Source of the DNA: Planctomycetota bacterium
GTDB taxonomy: Bacteria; Planctomycetota; UBA1135; UBA2386
Length of the DNA: 64,000 nt
NCBI GenBank assembly: GCA_965223545.1
Contig: OZ245006.1
Span: 5,824,001 to 5,888,000 of the forward strand
Direction: 5' to 3'
A program made the position numbers and the translations under genes. The notes beneath the pieces were generated by a model, which ran no database searches, was not told the origin of the DNA, and was given only the letters and a program-made list of their open reading frames with translations. Below are positions 10,498-18,898 of this stretch, one piece after another (position 1 is the first letter of the stretch; every line of letters begins with the position of its first letter).

Positions 10498-10776
10498 GGT
10501 GGGGCAAGCATAGCGGCGGCGGATGCGGCGCGGTCGTCAGAGGGTCTCGATGGGGACGTCGATTGCAGTGTGGTGTGGGATCCAGTGCTGAAGAAAGACG
10601 TGCGCAAGATCGTCCGCATCCATCCCGGTGAGAGTCGAGTGCTCGATCGCGCGAACTTGCTCTACGCGGGAGAGAAGGCGGTGCAACGCCAGCTCGTCCT
10701 CGACGCGGTGCGGTGATGTGCGGCCGGTGCCGGCCGGGGCTTGCCCGATCGCGGGTGGCCCTAGGAAGATCGATGG

Positions 10777-12249
10777 GTGATCACGCCGAACCATGGCTGC
10801 GCCCCGGCGGAGTGGCGCGCGTTTCTTCTCTGTAGCGTCGTTGTCGGCACTCTGTTCGGCCCGGCCGCGGCCGCGCAGAGGGTCGACACGGAGCAGTCGC
10901 AGGAGCGGCCGCCGGTGATCGTGGTCGGCGCCGGCGTCGCCGGCCTCGGGGCGGCACGAGCCCTGGTCGGCGCCGGCCATCGCGCGATCGTGTTCGAGGC
11001 CCGGGATCGAATCGGCGGCCGGGTGTGGACGGTCGAACTCGCCGGCGCGCCGGTCGACGCCGGCGCAATGTTCATCCACGGGCGCGTCGACAATCCCGTG
11101 GCCGACTTGTTCGAGGCATGGGAGCTGGAGCATGCGCCCAGGGGTTGGGGGTTGCAGCCGGTGTTCGACGCCCGCCGGGGGGTCGCGCTCGAGGGCGGCG
11201 CGCTGCGCGTCGTGCGCGCGATCGGGGCGTTCGAGCGCGCATCGGTGACCCTCGCCGACGCGCTGCCCGCGGAGGCGTCGCTGGCCGACGCGGTGGCCGC
11301 GCACGTCGGCGGGCTCGCCGCCGAGGACCGGGAGGTCGATCGCTTCGCGATCGAGCACTTGTTTCTCGATCTCGTCGAATCGGGGCCGCTGTCGCGCATG
11401 TCCCTGCGCCACTACGTGCACAGCGAGTTCGTCGAGCTCGACGGTGGCGATCACGTGCCGGCGCGTGGATTCGGCGCGTTCGTCGACCGCCTGGCCGAGG
11501 GGCTCGACATCCGCCTCTCCGAGCCCGTGCGCCGCATCGCGCACGGCGAGGATGGCGTGTCGGTGACGACGACCGGGGGCGAGTACGCGGCGAGCCACGT
11601 CATCGTGACCGTCCCCCTCGGCGTGCTGCAAACCGGCGCGATCGAGTTCGACCCGCCGCTCCCCGAGCGCAAGCGCGGCGCCATCGACCGGCTCGACACG
11701 GGCAATTTGGAGAAGGTCGTGCTGCGCTTCGAGGAGGCGTTCTGGGCCGAACACGACGCCGGACCGACCATCGTCTACTTCGGCGAGCGGCCGGGCGAGC
11801 GGCCCGGCTTTCTGGATTTGAGCGCTGCCGCCGGCGAACCGGTGCTGGTGGGGTTGTTCGGCGGCCAGAGCGCGCGCGATCTGTTGGCGCGCGAGCGCGA
11901 TGACCGCATCGTCGCGGAAGCGCTCGCGGCGCTGCGCGACGTGTTCGGCGAGGACGTCCCCGAACCGCTGGCGAGCCTGGTGACGCGATGGCACTCCGAT
12001 CCGCACGCGCGGGGTTCGTACAGCTACATCCCCGTGGGTAGCGACCCCGATGACATGCGCGCGCTCGCCGCGCCGGTGGGCCAACGCCTGTTGTTCGCGG
12101 GCGAAGCCACATCCCCGACGGCGTTCGGCACCGTCCACGGTGCGTTGTGGTCCGGCGTGCGCGAGGCGGAGCGGATCATCGGGGGGAGCGTGGAGGTGGC
12201 GGAGCTGGCTGCGCCGTTGCCGGGTGGTGGCGGCGGCAAGCAGTGGTGA
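10777..12249 (+). CDS. Flavin-containing amine oxidase family oxidoreductase
   Basis: VIVVGAGVAGLGAA...EARDRIGGR, DAGAMFIHG, RGSYSY, FAGEAT, GTVHGA. Start position uncertain. Confidence 0.9.
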   Translation: MITPNHGCAPAEWRAFLLCSVVVGTLFGPAAAAQRVDTEQSQERPPVIVVGAGVAGLGAARALVGAGHRAIVFEARDRIGGRVWTVELAGAPVDAGAMFIHGRVDNPVADLFEAWELEHAPRGWGLQPVFDARRGVALEGGALRVVRAIGAFERASVTLADALPAEASLADAVAAHVGGLAAEDREVDRFAIEHLFLDLVESGPLSRMSLRHYVHSEFVELDGGDHVPARGFGAFVDRLAEGLDIRLSEPVRRIAHGEDGVSVTTTGGEYAASHVIVTVPLGVLQTGAIEFDPPLPERKRGAIDRLDTGNLEKVVLRFEEAFWAEHDAGPTIVYFGERPGERPGFLDLSAAAGEPVLVGLFGGQSARDLLARERDDRIVAEALAALRDVFGEDVPEPLASLVTRWHSDPHARGSYSYIPVGSDPDDMRALAAPVGQRLLFAGEATSPTAFGTVHGALWSGVREAERIIGGSVEVAELAAPLPGGGGGKQW

Positions 12250-12318
12250 CTGATCGTCCTCGGCGACCAGGAATGACGTTGTTGCGATGAGCTCGTCCGG
12301 GCGCTAGCCTCTGGCTTC

Positions 12319-12747
12319 GTGGCGTCCGGAGGAGAGTCAGGGCCACGCGTCGCGGCGTCTGCGTGTGCCGACAGATGCTTGTCGCGTGATGAACGCTGCA
12401 CGACCCGACGGAGTTGGCTTGGAGGGCTGATTGCCGGTGCCCTCGGCGCTGGCATGGTTGCGCTGTTGGTCGAGCGAGCAAAAGCAGAGCCCCCGATGAG
12501 GGCGGGCGAGCTCACCGTCACTCCCAATCCCGTCCTCGAGGGGCAGCCCGTCGAGGTGTCGTTCGACGGTGAGGGCCCGCTCTATTACTCCGTCGATGGC
12601 GGTCCCTGGGAGGAGATGCCGCTGACCGACGGCGAAGGCTCGCTCGATGCGCCGATCGGCTCGAGCGTCCTCGTGTTCTCGGACCGCAAGGACCCGGCCA
12701 CCGAGGCCGGGGTCTCGGTCGAAAGCTCTACCGAGAGTTCACCATGA
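12319..12747 (+). CDS. Hypothetical exported protein with a small beta-rich domain
   Basis: TRRSWL followed by a hydrophobic stretch (possible Tat signal); ATGA overlap with the next gene. Start uncertain. Confidence 0.55.
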   Translation: MASGGESGPRVAASACADRCLSRDERCTTRRSWLGGLIAGALGAGMVALLVERAKAEPPMRAGELTVTPNPVLEGQPVEVSFDGEGPLYYSVDGGPWEEMPLTDGEGSLDAPIGSSVLVFSDRKDPATEAGVSVESSTESSP

Positions 12748-13700
12748 CCGACATCGCCCCCTGTTCCGCGTTCCTTCTCCCGCTGCTGGCCGTCGCCGGG
12801 GCGCCATCGGCGCAAACGACGGTGACGGTCCCGCGGCATCTCGACCAGCAGGATGGGAATATCGGCGGCAGCTTGGCGGGTTTTCGCGGGCGGGCGCGGC
12901 AGCAGGTGCTGGTGCGCGGCAGTGAGCTGGGGGCGCTCGCGGGCAAGACTCTGACGGCGGTCTGGGTGCGGCGGGATCGATCGTTCGGCAATGCGTTCGA
13001 ATGCGGCGACCGGCAATCTCAAGCTGTCGCTTTCCCATGCCGCGGTGCCGCCGTCGGCAACCGATCTCGTGTTTGCCAACAATCGCGGGCCCACGCCGGT
13101 CGTCGTCTTGGACCGGAGCGTCAACATGCCGCCGACGCCGGTGCCGCCGGTGCCGGTGCCGTGGGTGGCGCCGTTTGCGGTGCGGATCCACTTCGACAAC
13201 CCGTTCGTCTACGCCGGCGGCGACCTGTGCGTCGAGTTCGAGGGCGAGCTGCAATCGTCGGGGCCCGAGGGTTGGTGGTTCGACTTCGAGAAGGAGACCA
13301 ACACGGCGGCGGTCTCGCGGTTCGGTGCGGGTTGTGGCGCGCCGGTCGCGGAGTACGTGCCGCCGGCGGCAGCGCAAGCGCGCGGTCTGCATGCCGGTGG
13401 CACTGCGACCGTGGCTCTGGCCGGTCGCGTGCGCACGATTGGCGCGTTGGTGCTGGGGTCGGCGCACACGACGGCATGGGATCTCTCAGCGCGGCCGGGG
13501 CCGCAACCAAACACGGAGCGATCCGCAACCCGATGCGGTTGACGACCACCAACGGGCTGTACCTCGACATTGATACGACACTGCCGAGCGGCGCCTTCGC
13601 CACCGTGATTTCGGCGCGGGTGCACGCCGGGGCGCCGCTGCCGCCGGACGGCCAGGTCTTGGTTGGCAGGATGCCGGCGCGGCGCTTCGAGACCCAGTAG
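12744..13700 (+). pseudogene. Secreted hypothetical protein disrupted by a frameshift and a probable deletion (or assembly error)
   Basis: Protein-like sequence in one frame up to FGNAFE (~13001), then in another frame (AATGNLKL...GGDLCVEF...FGAGC...WDLSA, ~13490), then back to the first frame at ~13528 (NPMRLTTTNGLYLDI). Confidence 0.7.
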
Positions 13701-13965
13701 GGCCGCTGTTCTCCGGGCGCGGAGACGCGTTCAACCACCGCCGAACAAGTCCAAGGCGCGTCGTTCGTCCGAGGACTGCAAGGGGTGCCGTCAGATTCCG
13801 CGGCAGATCAGGATCGTTCGAAAAGAGACGAGCGCGCACGATTGGTGTCGGCAGGCGAGCATCGGTGGTTGAGCAGATGGTCGTTTTTGCTCACGCATGT
13901 ATGGCAATCGCTTTAGCGGTAACGCCTGTCTCAAGACATCGTTGATTGTAGTCGATAGCGACGGC

Positions 13966-15255
13966 ATGACTGCGGCGCCGCCGATTCGAATCCTTCTTGT
14001 GGAAGATGATCTCGGCGACCAGCACTTGTTCCAGCGTCATCTCCAGCGCTCGAACGACGTTGCGGTCGAGGTCCAGGCGGAAGGCACCGTGGCCGGCGCG
14101 GTAGACGCGATCCGGTCGTCGCCCGGCTTCGACGTCGCGTTCATCGACTTCGGGCTGCCCGATGCACAGGGAGTCGAGGTCATCGATGCGATCCAGGAGG
14201 TCGCGCCGGATCTTCCTCTCGTCGTGCTGACGGGGCACAGCGACGAGCAGGTCGCCTTGGCTGCACTCCGCGCCGGCGCCCAGGATTATCTGCTGAAGGG
14301 GCAGATGAGCCCTATCAACATGCGGCGCATCATGCGGTTCGCCATCGAGCGGAAATCGGTGACGGAGCGGCTGCGCCTCAAGGAGCGGGAGCTGCGTCGC
14401 GTCGAGCGCCTGAAGTCCACGGGCGAGCTGGCCGCTGGCGTCGCGCACGAGATCAACACACCCCTGCAGTACGTCGGCGACAATCTGTTCTTCCTCGAAG
14501 AGTCGATGCAGCAGCTGAGTCCCGCGCTGCGCCTCGCCGCCGCGCTGGCATCGGCAGACGCGTCCGGGGCCGCGACCCTGACCGAGCAGCTGCGCGGCGC
14601 GCTGGCCGATGTCGATGTCGACTACTTGCTGTCCGAGCTGCCGCTGGCGCTGTCGCAGACCAAGGACGGTCTGGGGCGGGTGACGGACATCGTGCGGGCG
14701 ATGAAGGAGTTCTCGCACCCGGGCAGCGACGAGAAGCAAGAGGTCGACGTGCAGCAGGTGATCGACACCACGCTGATGGTGTCGCGCAACGAGTGGAAGT
14801 ACGTGGCGACGGCGGAAGCACGCGTCGAGGGCGCGATCCCGCGCTTGCAGGGCTATCCGGGCGAGCTGTCCCAGGTGGTGCTCAACCTGGTCGTCAATGC
14901 GGCTCACGCGATCAAGGAGGTGCCCGACCGGGATCCAGAAACGCGCGGTCGCATCGACATTCTAGTGCGCGCCGACGAGTCGGCGGACTCGATCGTCATC
15001 ACGGTGACCGACACCGGCGCGGGGATGTCGCCCGAGACGGTGGCCCGGTGCATGGAGCCCGATTTCACCACCAAGGGGCGTGGCGTGGGCACGGGGCAAG
15101 GGTTGGCTCTGGTGCAGAGCATCGTCGTCGCGCGGCACGGCGGCCGGGTGTCGGTGGAGTCCGAGCTGGGGTCGGGAACCGCCGTGACGGTCGAGCTGCC
15201 GACGCGGGGTGGGCAGCTGCCGCGCGCCGACGTGATGACGGCACAGGTGTCCTGA
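13966..15255 (+). CDS. Hybrid receiver-histidine kinase (REC-HisKA-HATPase)
   Basis: ILLVEDD, FIDFGLPD, QDYLLK; H-box AAGVAHEINTP; N-box VLNLVVNAAHA; DTGAG and GTGQGL. Confidence 0.92.
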   Translation: MTAAPPIRILLVEDDLGDQHLFQRHLQRSNDVAVEVQAEGTVAGAVDAIRSSPGFDVAFIDFGLPDAQGVEVIDAIQEVAPDLPLVVLTGHSDEQVALAALRAGAQDYLLKGQMSPINMRRIMRFAIERKSVTERLRLKERELRRVERLKSTGELAAGVAHEINTPLQYVGDNLFFLEESMQQLSPALRLAAALASADASGAATLTEQLRGALADVDVDYLLSELPLALSQTKDGLGRVTDIVRAMKEFSHPGSDEKQEVDVQQVIDTTLMVSRNEWKYVATAEARVEGAIPRLQGYPGELSQVVLNLVVNAAHAIKEVPDRDPETRGRIDILVRADESADSIVITVTDTGAGMSPETVARCMEPDFTTKGRGVGTGQGLALVQSIVVARHGGRVSVESELGSGTAVTVELPTRGGQLPRADVMTAQVS

Positions 15256-16187
15256 TGCGGGCCGCGACCAAACCGTCGGTCTTGCTGGTGGACGACGAGC
15301 CCAACGTCGTCAATGCCACGCGGAGACTGCTGGGCTCGACCTGCGAATGCCACGTCGCCCACGACGGCAGCGGCGCGCTCACCCAGATCGAGAGCCGCAC
15401 GTTCGACTATCTGATCACCGACATGCGCATGCCAAAGATGTCGGGTGCCGAGTTCCTCAGCGAAGCCGCGATCCTGTCGCCGAACTCGGTGAGGGTCGTG
15501 TTGTCCGGCCAGGCCGCCGCGGACTGCGTCGCCGAAGCCTTGCGCTACGCGCACCAGTACTTGAGCAAACCAGTCTCACAACAGACGGTGCGCGCGCTGA
15601 TCGTGGGCATCGAGGCGGCCAAGGCCGCCGTCGGCGACCCGGAGCTGGTCCATGATTTGGTCTGCCTGCGGACAGTGCCGGGCTCGGCGCGCATCCGTTC
15701 GCAGCTGCAGGAGGCCGTGCGGTCGGACGATGCGGACCTGGAGCACGTCGCCGAGCTCGTCGAGAGCTGCCCGGCATTGGCGGTCAAGGTCATGCAGGTC
15801 AAGCAGGCGTTTGGCGCGGCGTCGTGCTCGGAATGGGCTCCGGGACAGGTCGCCAAGCAGATCGGCTTCGAGCTGCTCCGCCTGCTGGTCGGTCCTGGAA
15901 GGGCGATCTGGTCGACGGGCGACACCGGACATGGTGCCGCGCTGACCGCGGTGGCCCAGGCTGGCGGTGCCGAGCTCTGGCAGGCCATCGGCTCCCAGGT
16001 GATGACTACCCGGCCAGAATCGGATGGCGACTCCGTGGCGAACGCCGGCGGAACGACGGATGCAAGTGATCGTCACTTGGCAGTCGGTGAGTTCCTCTGC
16101 CGTCTTTGGGGTGTGGATGTGGCGACTGCGCACCCCGAGTCCCGGGCGACACCGGCTGGCCCGGCGATGACGCCCGCGCGGCAATGA
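15255..16187 (+). CDS. Response regulator with a degenerate HDOD-like C-terminal domain
   Basis: LLVDDE, TDMRMP, HQYLSKP, then an HDOD-like segment VAELVESCPALAVKVMQV. Start overlaps the upstream stop. Confidence 0.8.
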   Translation: MRAATKPSVLLVDDEPNVVNATRRLLGSTCECHVAHDGSGALTQIESRTFDYLITDMRMPKMSGAEFLSEAAILSPNSVRVVLSGQAAADCVAEALRYAHQYLSKPVSQQTVRALIVGIEAAKAAVGDPELVHDLVCLRTVPGSARIRSQLQEAVRSDDADLEHVAELVESCPALAVKVMQVKQAFGAASCSEWAPGQVAKQIGFELLRLLVGPGRAIWSTGDTGHGAALTAVAQAGGAELWQAIGSQVMTTRPESDGDSVANAGGTTDASDRHLAVGEFLCRLWGVDVATAHPESRATPAGPAMTPARQ

Positions 16188-16209
16188 CAGTCCCGATGAG
16201 GTCGTTGGT

Positions 16210-16641
16210 ATGAGCAAACTGGAGAAGTGGGCCAAGCGCGTACCCGAGGCGACCGTCGCGGCGGCCAGGATCTTGATTCTCGACGACGACGCGGGAGTCC
16301 TGAACGGGCTGACGCGGTGCTGCCGCGTGTTCCGCCCGGGTTGGCACATCACGACGACCTCCAGCGCTTCGCAGGCGCTCAAGCTCCTGCGTCGCGACGT
16401 CTACGACGTCGTCGTCAGCGACATCTTCATGCCGGGAATGGACGGGCTCGAGTTCATCGTGTGCGTGCGCCAGTTCGCCCCGCGCACCGTCGTGATCGCG
16501 ATGACCGGCGGTCACGACATGTCGGCTGCCTTCTTGGGAGCGGCCTCGTCCCTGGGCGCCGATCGGGCGCTGGCCAAGCCGGTTGGCACCAAGGAGTTCA
16601 TTGTGGCGGTCGAAGAGAGTCTCAGAAGCGAGAAGGAGTGA
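16210..16641 (+). CDS. Single-domain response regulator (CheY-like receiver)
   Basis: ILILDDD, SDIFMPGMDG, AMTGG, LAKP. Confidence 0.9.
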   Translation: MSKLEKWAKRVPEATVAAARILILDDDAGVLNGLTRCCRVFRPGWHITTTSSASQALKLLRRDVYDVVVSDIFMPGMDGLEFIVCVRQFAPRTVVIAMTGGHDMSAAFLGAASSLGADRALAKPVGTKEFIVAVEESLRSEKE

Positions 16642-16643
16642 CA

Positions 16644-17630
16644 ATGACCAGTGAACGAAGCGCAGCGCCGCATCGCGTCCTGTTGGTGGACGATGATGCC
16701 AGCGTCTTGGATGCCTACGGCCGCACACTCGGTTCGGCGTACTCGACCGTCAAGTGCACCAGCGCGAGCGATGCCATCGCCGAGCTGGAGCGCGGCAGAG
16801 AGTTCTCGGTCGTGCTGTCCGATCTGCAGATGCCCGGCATGGACGGCATCGAGCTGCTCGAGCGCTGCAGCCTGCTGGCGCCGCGCACCGTGCGCGTCCT
16901 GCTGACCGGCAGGGCGGACATCAGCGCGGCAGTGAGAGCCGTCAATCAGGGGCGCGTATTCCGGTTTCTCGAGAAGCCCTGCGACCGCGACGACCTGCGC
17001 CAAGTGGTGGGGGCCGCGGTCAGGCAGTTCGAGCTGGAGCTGGCCGAGGAGCGCCTGCTCGAGGACACGTTGAGCGGCGCGATCCAGGTCTGTGCCGAGA
17101 TCCTCGCCAACCAGATGCCGGCAGTGGCCCGGTGCACCGCGCGCAGTCATGCGTTGGCCGTCGAAGTCGCCCACCGGGCGGGGATGCAGTGGTCTTGGCC
17201 TGCCAAGGTCGCCGCCAACCTGGTCGGCATCGGCTACACCACGGTGCCGCCGGTGGTGTTGGCGCGGCAGCGGCAGGGCAAGCGCTTGACCGCCGAGGAA
17301 GAAGCTCTGCTCGATGCGGTTCCGCTGCGTGGAGCCGAGCTGTTGGAGCGGGTGCCGCGGCTCGAAGGTGCGGCCGAGATCATCCGCTACTCGGGCAAGG
17401 GATACGACGGCAGTGGCCTGCCGGAAGGCGGCCTGAGCGGCGATGAGATCCCGGAGGCGGCGCGCATCCTCAAGATCGTGCACGCGTTCGGCCTGCTGCA
17501 GCTGTTGGGTTGGAGTGACGAGGAGGCCATGGGCGAGCTGCGCAGCCGGGCGGCCGAGTTCGATCCCGCGTTGATGGCGGTCGTGGAACGCGTCGTCGTC
17601 GAGGGCGCGGGGAGCAGTTTGGTGTCGTGA
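16644..17630 (+). CDS. Response regulator with a degenerate HD-GYP-like domain
   Basis: REC motifs LLVDDD, SDLQMP, FLEKP. C-terminal YDGSGLP...GDEIPEAARILK is HD-GYP-like but lacks the HD and HHE residues. Confidence 0.85.
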   Translation: MTSERSAAPHRVLLVDDDASVLDAYGRTLGSAYSTVKCTSASDAIAELERGREFSVVLSDLQMPGMDGIELLERCSLLAPRTVRVLLTGRADISAAVRAVNQGRVFRFLEKPCDRDDLRQVVGAAVRQFELELAEERLLEDTLSGAIQVCAEILANQMPAVARCTARSHALAVEVAHRAGMQWSWPAKVAANLVGIGYTTVPPVVLARQRQGKRLTAEEEALLDAVPLRGAELLERVPRLEGAAEIIRYSGKGYDGSGLPEGGLSGDEIPEAARILKIVHAFGLLQLLGWSDEEAMGELRSRAAEFDPALMAVVERVVVEGAGSSLVS

Positions 17631-18898
17631 GGCAGTACCGCGGGAGCTTGGCCTGGGTGGTGTTGTGCGCCTCCGCGGGGCTCACCGTGTGGGCGGCCTG
17701 GTACTCCAACGGTCTGGCCGAAGCGCGCGAGCGCGACGCGCTGGAGCAGGTCGCGGCGCGGGTCAAGACCGCGATTCACGATCGTTACACCTTGTACGTC
17801 CAGCTGCTGCGCGGCACCGTCGGGCTGATGGACGCCAGCGAGGAGGTGACCCGCGAGGAGTTCCGCACCTACGTGCGGGCCCTGGACATCGGCGTGCATT
17901 GGTCCGGCATTCAGGGAGTCGGCTACTCGGTTCCTGTGGTTTCTTCGCAGCGGGCCGCGTTCGAGGAGTCGGTGCGGGCCGAGGGGTTTCCGGAGTTCGA
18001 GATTCGCCCGACCGGCGAGCGCGCGGAGTACTCGGCGATCGTGTTCTTGGAGCCGATGGACTGGAGGAATTTGCGCGCGTTCGGCTACGACATGTGGTCC
18101 AACAGCACGCGTCAGGTGGCGATGCAGCGGGCGCGGGACAGCGGCGAAGCGGCGATGACGGCGCGGGTCACCCTGGTGCAGGAGACCTTGCAGGACCGCC
18201 AGGCGGGGTTCCTGATCTACATCCCGGTCTACCGGGACGGTGGTGACCCGGGCAGCGTCGAGCGCCGGCAGCAGCAGTTCGTCGGTTGGGTCTACGCGCC
18301 GTTTCGCGCATCGGAGTTCATGCGCGAAGTGCTGGAGAGCGTCGGCACCGACGTCGTCATCGAAGTGTTCGATGGCGATCGCTGCGATCCCGAGCGTCTG
18401 ATGTTCGAGTGCGGCAGCGTGGGGGGCGAAACGGACCTCCGGCTCGCTTCCACCTCCGTCGACTTCGGCGCTGTGCGGTGGCACGCCCGCGTGGGAGCGC
18501 CGCGAGACCGTGGGATCGCGGCGCGCCCGATGGCGTGGGGCATCCTGTTCGGCGGCGGCCTGATCAACGGTCTGTTGTTCGCGGTGATCTGGGCGTTGAA
18601 GGGGATCAGCCGCCGCGCCCACCGGCTGGCGAACGTCATGACCAAGGAGCTGCAGGAGCTCAACGGTGCGCTCGAGGAGAAAGTGCGCGAGCGCACCGCC
18701 GACATCGAGCGCGCGCGGGAGAGGCTGGAGGACGCGGTCGACGAGCGCACGCGCGAGCTGGCGGCCAAGGTCGCCGAGCTCGAGTTGGCGACGCAAGTCA
18801 CCCTCAGCCGCGAAGACCGGGTCATCGAGCTCAAGCGCGAGATCAATCTGCTCTGCGAGGCAAGCGGTGAGGCGAAGCGATACGCAGAGTACCATTAG
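17627..18898 (+). CDS. Membrane CHASE-domain sensor with a coiled-coil tail and no catalytic domain
   Basis: TM-CHASE (GIQGVGY, FLEPMDWRNLRAFGYDM, LVQE, GWVYAPFR)-TM, then ERT heptads ending SREDRVIELKREINLLCEASGEAKRY. No H-box or ATPase domain. Confidence 0.88.
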   Translation: MRQYRGSLAWVVLCASAGLTVWAAWYSNGLAEARERDALEQVAARVKTAIHDRYTLYVQLLRGTVGLMDASEEVTREEFRTYVRALDIGVHWSGIQGVGYSVPVVSSQRAAFEESVRAEGFPEFEIRPTGERAEYSAIVFLEPMDWRNLRAFGYDMWSNSTRQVAMQRARDSGEAAMTARVTLVQETLQDRQAGFLIYIPVYRDGGDPGSVERRQQQFVGWVYAPFRASEFMREVLESVGTDVVIEVFDGDRCDPERLMFECGSVGGETDLRLASTSVDFGAVRWHARVGAPRDRGIAARPMAWGILFGGGLINGLLFAVIWALKGISRRAHRLANVMTKELQELNGALEEKVRERTADIERARERLEDAVDERTRELAAKVAELELATQVTLSREDRVIELKREINLLCEASGEAKRYAEYH

